Translations under genes and position numbers: made by a program
The notes under the pieces: generated by a model
What the model was told of the DNA's origin: nothing
The model's input: the letters and a program-made list of their open reading frames with translations, nothing else
Database searches by the model: none
Shown here: positions 60,899 through 64,000 of the stretch, one piece after another
Layout of the letters: each line of letters starts with the position of its first letter
Numbering within the stretch: the stretch's first letter is position 1
DNA from: Tubulanus polymorphus
Taxonomy: Eukaryota; Animalia; Nemertea
Direction of reading: 5' to 3'
Assembly (NCBI RefSeq): GCF_964204645.1
Contig: NC_134027.1
Span: forward strand, 22,034,560 to 22,098,559
DNA: 64,000 bases

Positions 60899-62020
60899 TG
60901 TTTATTCCCGGTTTGCTGACGATTGGGTCAAATTTGGCCTGACCAAAAACGTCCGACCAGGCCCAATGCAAATTTTAGTGCAATACAAACGATTTCGCCT
61001 GAACAGTGAAGATTTCTGTTTTGTGATTTCTATAAAGATTCTTGAAGCCCTACGATCAGTTTTGAAAAAAAATTTGCACGTGCTATCTCAGTAAGAATGC
61101 GTCTTTTCAATTAAGAATATAAAAGTCTTGCAGGCGTCCTTAGTTCTACATCAAAATACCATATTCTCTTTGGAAATATTTCTTGGGTTGGGAACATTGA
61201 TTTGTAGCTGGTTTGTTAAGTGAGAATACGTGTGTTGTAGTAAATCATATGTATTAGCCTATAAGATATTAGTCAATACGTTTGTTTTTATGAGGCAAAA
61301 TACACAGACCAGCACAATATAGAAATAGCAGAAGAAACTGGGAACTGGTAACTTTTGACTTTGTCGCTGAATTTTTGTAAGAAAATCATTTGGTCAGAGG
61401 TCAACATTTAAGCTACTTCTACATTAGCTCATTGAACCTGGGTTTGGATTCAAGTTCAATGAAAACCGGCGTTCACAGCGAGTAGCGTTTACACTTAACT
61501 TGGCTTCAGTTGTACGAATCCACATCCCTAGTTCAAGTTCAAGGTCAATTGTGTAGCTCAAAAAATGCATGGAACACTGATTTACCATCTTTATTCGAAA
61601 AAAAGCCAAGTCAGATGCGGTGGTGGGTTTAATGCGGGGTAAACTCTTCTTTTTCAAGGAGCGTTTCTAAAATGCAGGTTTTATGTATAAAGTCTGCATT
61701 CTCAGGGTCTAAGAAGCAAGTGTAGCTAAGGCTGTACTTCTTGATATCATTTCCTTCTGGACAGAGCTATGGATCCATATGTATGCCAAGACATTATTGG
61801 GCAATTTTTGGCCATTAGTGGCAACAGGGGTAGCTTTCCCAGCTATTGTAAATAGGGCAACTTCCTTGTGAAGCAGTCAAGTCGTAAGCCGAATTCATGG
61901 AACGATTGATTGCTCGTTGCAGTTGTTATGTCACATCAGATATTTGTCTAGTATTAAAATCTAAACACAGGAATAGACTCGGGTTCAGACCAATCGCACG
62001 TCAAAATCATTCATCAAGGT

Positions 62021-63055
62021 TCAGGTTAGAGTTTTGCGACTGCACATGATTTTCACCGTCGACCGATATTGTTTGCTGGCGATCAGATAGATTACGCAAT
62101 TGACCGCCGAATCGACCGGGGTCAAGTTGTCAAAAATGAAAAAAAGCATATTCATAACAAGGTGGTCTCCTTTGACGCAGCCAAAATAGTTGCAAACTCG
62201 AGAAAAGAGGGTCGGCAATTCGCACACCAAATATATAGATGTCGTTATCAAAACTAGTTGCGTTGCTTTTGTTTTCGCGGCCGAACCGTCATTCGCAGTT
62301 TTCGTGGCCATCGACTTTCGTAGCCAACTGGACCTAAATACCGACCACAACAGAACGATATTCGCGAACATGATGAAGGCCGCCGGGATGGATACAGTTA
62401 GCAACATATATATCCAAGTGCTTATAAAATCTATCGACTGATCTTTCGAAAATTTTCCATAGCGCGGGTAGTCCGGCGGAGCGCCGCTGCATTTTAACAT
62501 TTCGATTCTGGCGCCGAAGTAACGCGGGACGTAGATGACGGCCGAGACGAAGACAACGATCGCCGTGCCGATATAAATGCGTTTCTTGTCGATGCAGCGC
62601 CGCGACCAGAACGGAAACAGCACGTGGAAACATCTGACGACCGCAGTGAGAACGATCATCCAATTGCGTATCATGACAGTCGACTTGTAGCTGGCGATTC
62701 GAATCCAGTTCCACAGCGGGAAAACGGCGTAGTCCGACCATCGACGGAATAGTAAATCTTCGTAGAGCGCTCGATGTACCAGGTGACGGAACGGACCGTC
62801 TAAAAACGTATTCGATAAGTAGATAATATCCGAAAGAGCCACGAGGATGAGAAGGCGAATGGCTTGCCCGCTTTCGGGCATTCTCCGAAAAACCAGTATG
62901 CTGAATACGTTGAAGCATACGCCCGTAATACATACGGGTAGAATGAAGTAGATTTGCAAGTAATGCTTTCCCGGTTGGGCTTTTTGCAACGGGCAGACGT
63001 ACTCCTCAGTAGTAACAGTAACAGCAATAGTTATGGCAGTTAGGTTTCTGACCAT
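62021..63055 (-). CDS. Class A peptide-receptor-like GPCR, copy 3, intact (344 aa)
   Basis: Same 7TM motifs as copy 1; N-terminal NLT glycosylation sequon; ends MCSRKTLT*. Confidence 0.92.
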   Translation of the reverse strand: MVRNLTAITIAVTVTTEEYVCPLQKAQPGKHYLQIYFILPVCITGVCFNVFSILVFRRMPESGQAIRLLILVALSDIIYLSNTFLDGPFRHLVHRALYEDLLFRRWSDYAVFPLWNWIRIASYKSTVMIRNWMIVLTAVVRCFHVLFPFWSRRCIDKKRIYIGTAIVVFVSAVIYVPRYFGARIEMLKCSGAPPDYPRYGKFSKDQSIDFISTWIYMLLTVSIPAAFIMFANIVLLWSVFRSSWLRKSMATKTANDGSAAKTKATQLVLITTSIYLVCELPTLFSRVCNYFGCVKGDHLVMNMLFFIFDNLTPVDSAVNCVIYLIASKQYRSTVKIMCSRKTLT

Positions 63056-63262
63056 ACTGAAGAACTTGTGATCATTGTTGCTGAATCCGAGGAGTGTACT
63101 GAAGAACTCGTGATTATTATCGCTGAATCCGAGGAGTGTACTGAAGAACTCGTGATTATTATCGCTGAATCCGAGGAGTGTACGGAAGAACTTGTGATTA
63201 TCATTGCTGAATCAGAGGAGTGTACTGAAGAACTCGTGATTATCATTGATGAATCCGCGACA
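63056..63262. repeat. 42-bp tandem repeat x5 directly upstream of the GPCR copy 3 ATG; x3 at 59673-59790
   Basis: Unit actgaagaactcgtgattattatcgctgaatccgaggagtgt. Confidence 0.92.
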
Positions 63263-64000
63263 ATGATTTGAAAGAGTGACGTGGCAAGACACGAATTGTT
63301 TGATACGTTTTAGTGTCGCATCTCTGTAACCTCTATTCGCAGTTGTAGTCGCCCGCCTATGTAATAATTTGTAAACGTTGAGGATTGCTACACACGTATT
63401 TACCCCGAGGCGTTTCGTTGAAATATACTATATGCGAAAATTCCGAATTTTGATATAGCCTATTGCATCATCTACACATCTAGCCCAAAAACTCGAGTTT
63501 TCAGGCTTCGTAGTGGGCCTTGAAATCCTTGGATAGCCTTAGATTATCGAAAGGATATTCAAGGCCTTGAAATGCTGTGAATTCAGATCTTCTTAGGTCT
63601 TGAAAATGGATTTGGTTACCGCGCTTCAATTTCCTCTACATCGATCGATTAAATTCGAGTCAACTTTTCCGATTAGTCGATCAATTTTTGGTGAGATCAA
63701 TACCATACACTGAGAGAGAGCGGATATCTTATATCTATTCGATGACTCGTTTGATAATTTGCGGATTTGGAAGCCTAAGAATAATGTTCAAATTTCATTA
63801 GAAATGAACTGATTTTCACTACGAATAACCCAGTGTTTTGTTGCGCCATCTGGTGTTGCCGGTATGCCATTACTCGCGTCTTTTAGAGAATCTATCAGGG
63901 GTCAACATTTACCTCTCATTTTCTTCGGGACAGAGATGTGGATCCAGATTAAATGCCAAGAAAGTATTTGGCAATCTTTGGCAGTCGCTATAGTATGGCA

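Noticed and set aside
56298-62933. Alternative-frame and antisense ORFs conserved across GPCR copies
   Set aside because: Explained by recent duplication of the host CDS.
63068-63271. Repeat protein (AESEECTEELVIII)n on the plus strand
   Set aside because: Frame is open only because the unit is 42 bp; it is antisense to the GPCR leader.

Overview
Eukaryotic, AT-rich, repeat-dense invertebrate (probably lophotrochozoan) genomic DNA. Genes: (1) the last 11 coding exons of an LPCAT1/2-type lysophospholipid acyltransferase with EF-hands (+, 1386-18910); its 5' exons lie before the window. (2) An intronless RBM15/spenito gene (-, 37440-39869) with 3 RRMs and a SPOC domain. (3) A tandem array of intronless class A peptide-receptor-like GPCRs (-, about 54.4-64 kb): two intact copies, one damaged copy and one copy whose body is replaced by a transposon. 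Non-coding DNA carries many MITEs, tRNA-derived SINEs, minisatellites and four Penelope-like inverted-repeat insertions, two with intact minimal hammerhead ribozymes. Most notable: a UGA-CUAG readthrough context right after the LPCAT KxKxx ER signal; an HxxxxN variant of the LPCAT catalytic motif; a MITE that supplies a new GPCR C-terminal tail; the hammerheads; and two uORFs ahead of RBM15. Coordinates were read by eye, and no database searches were run.
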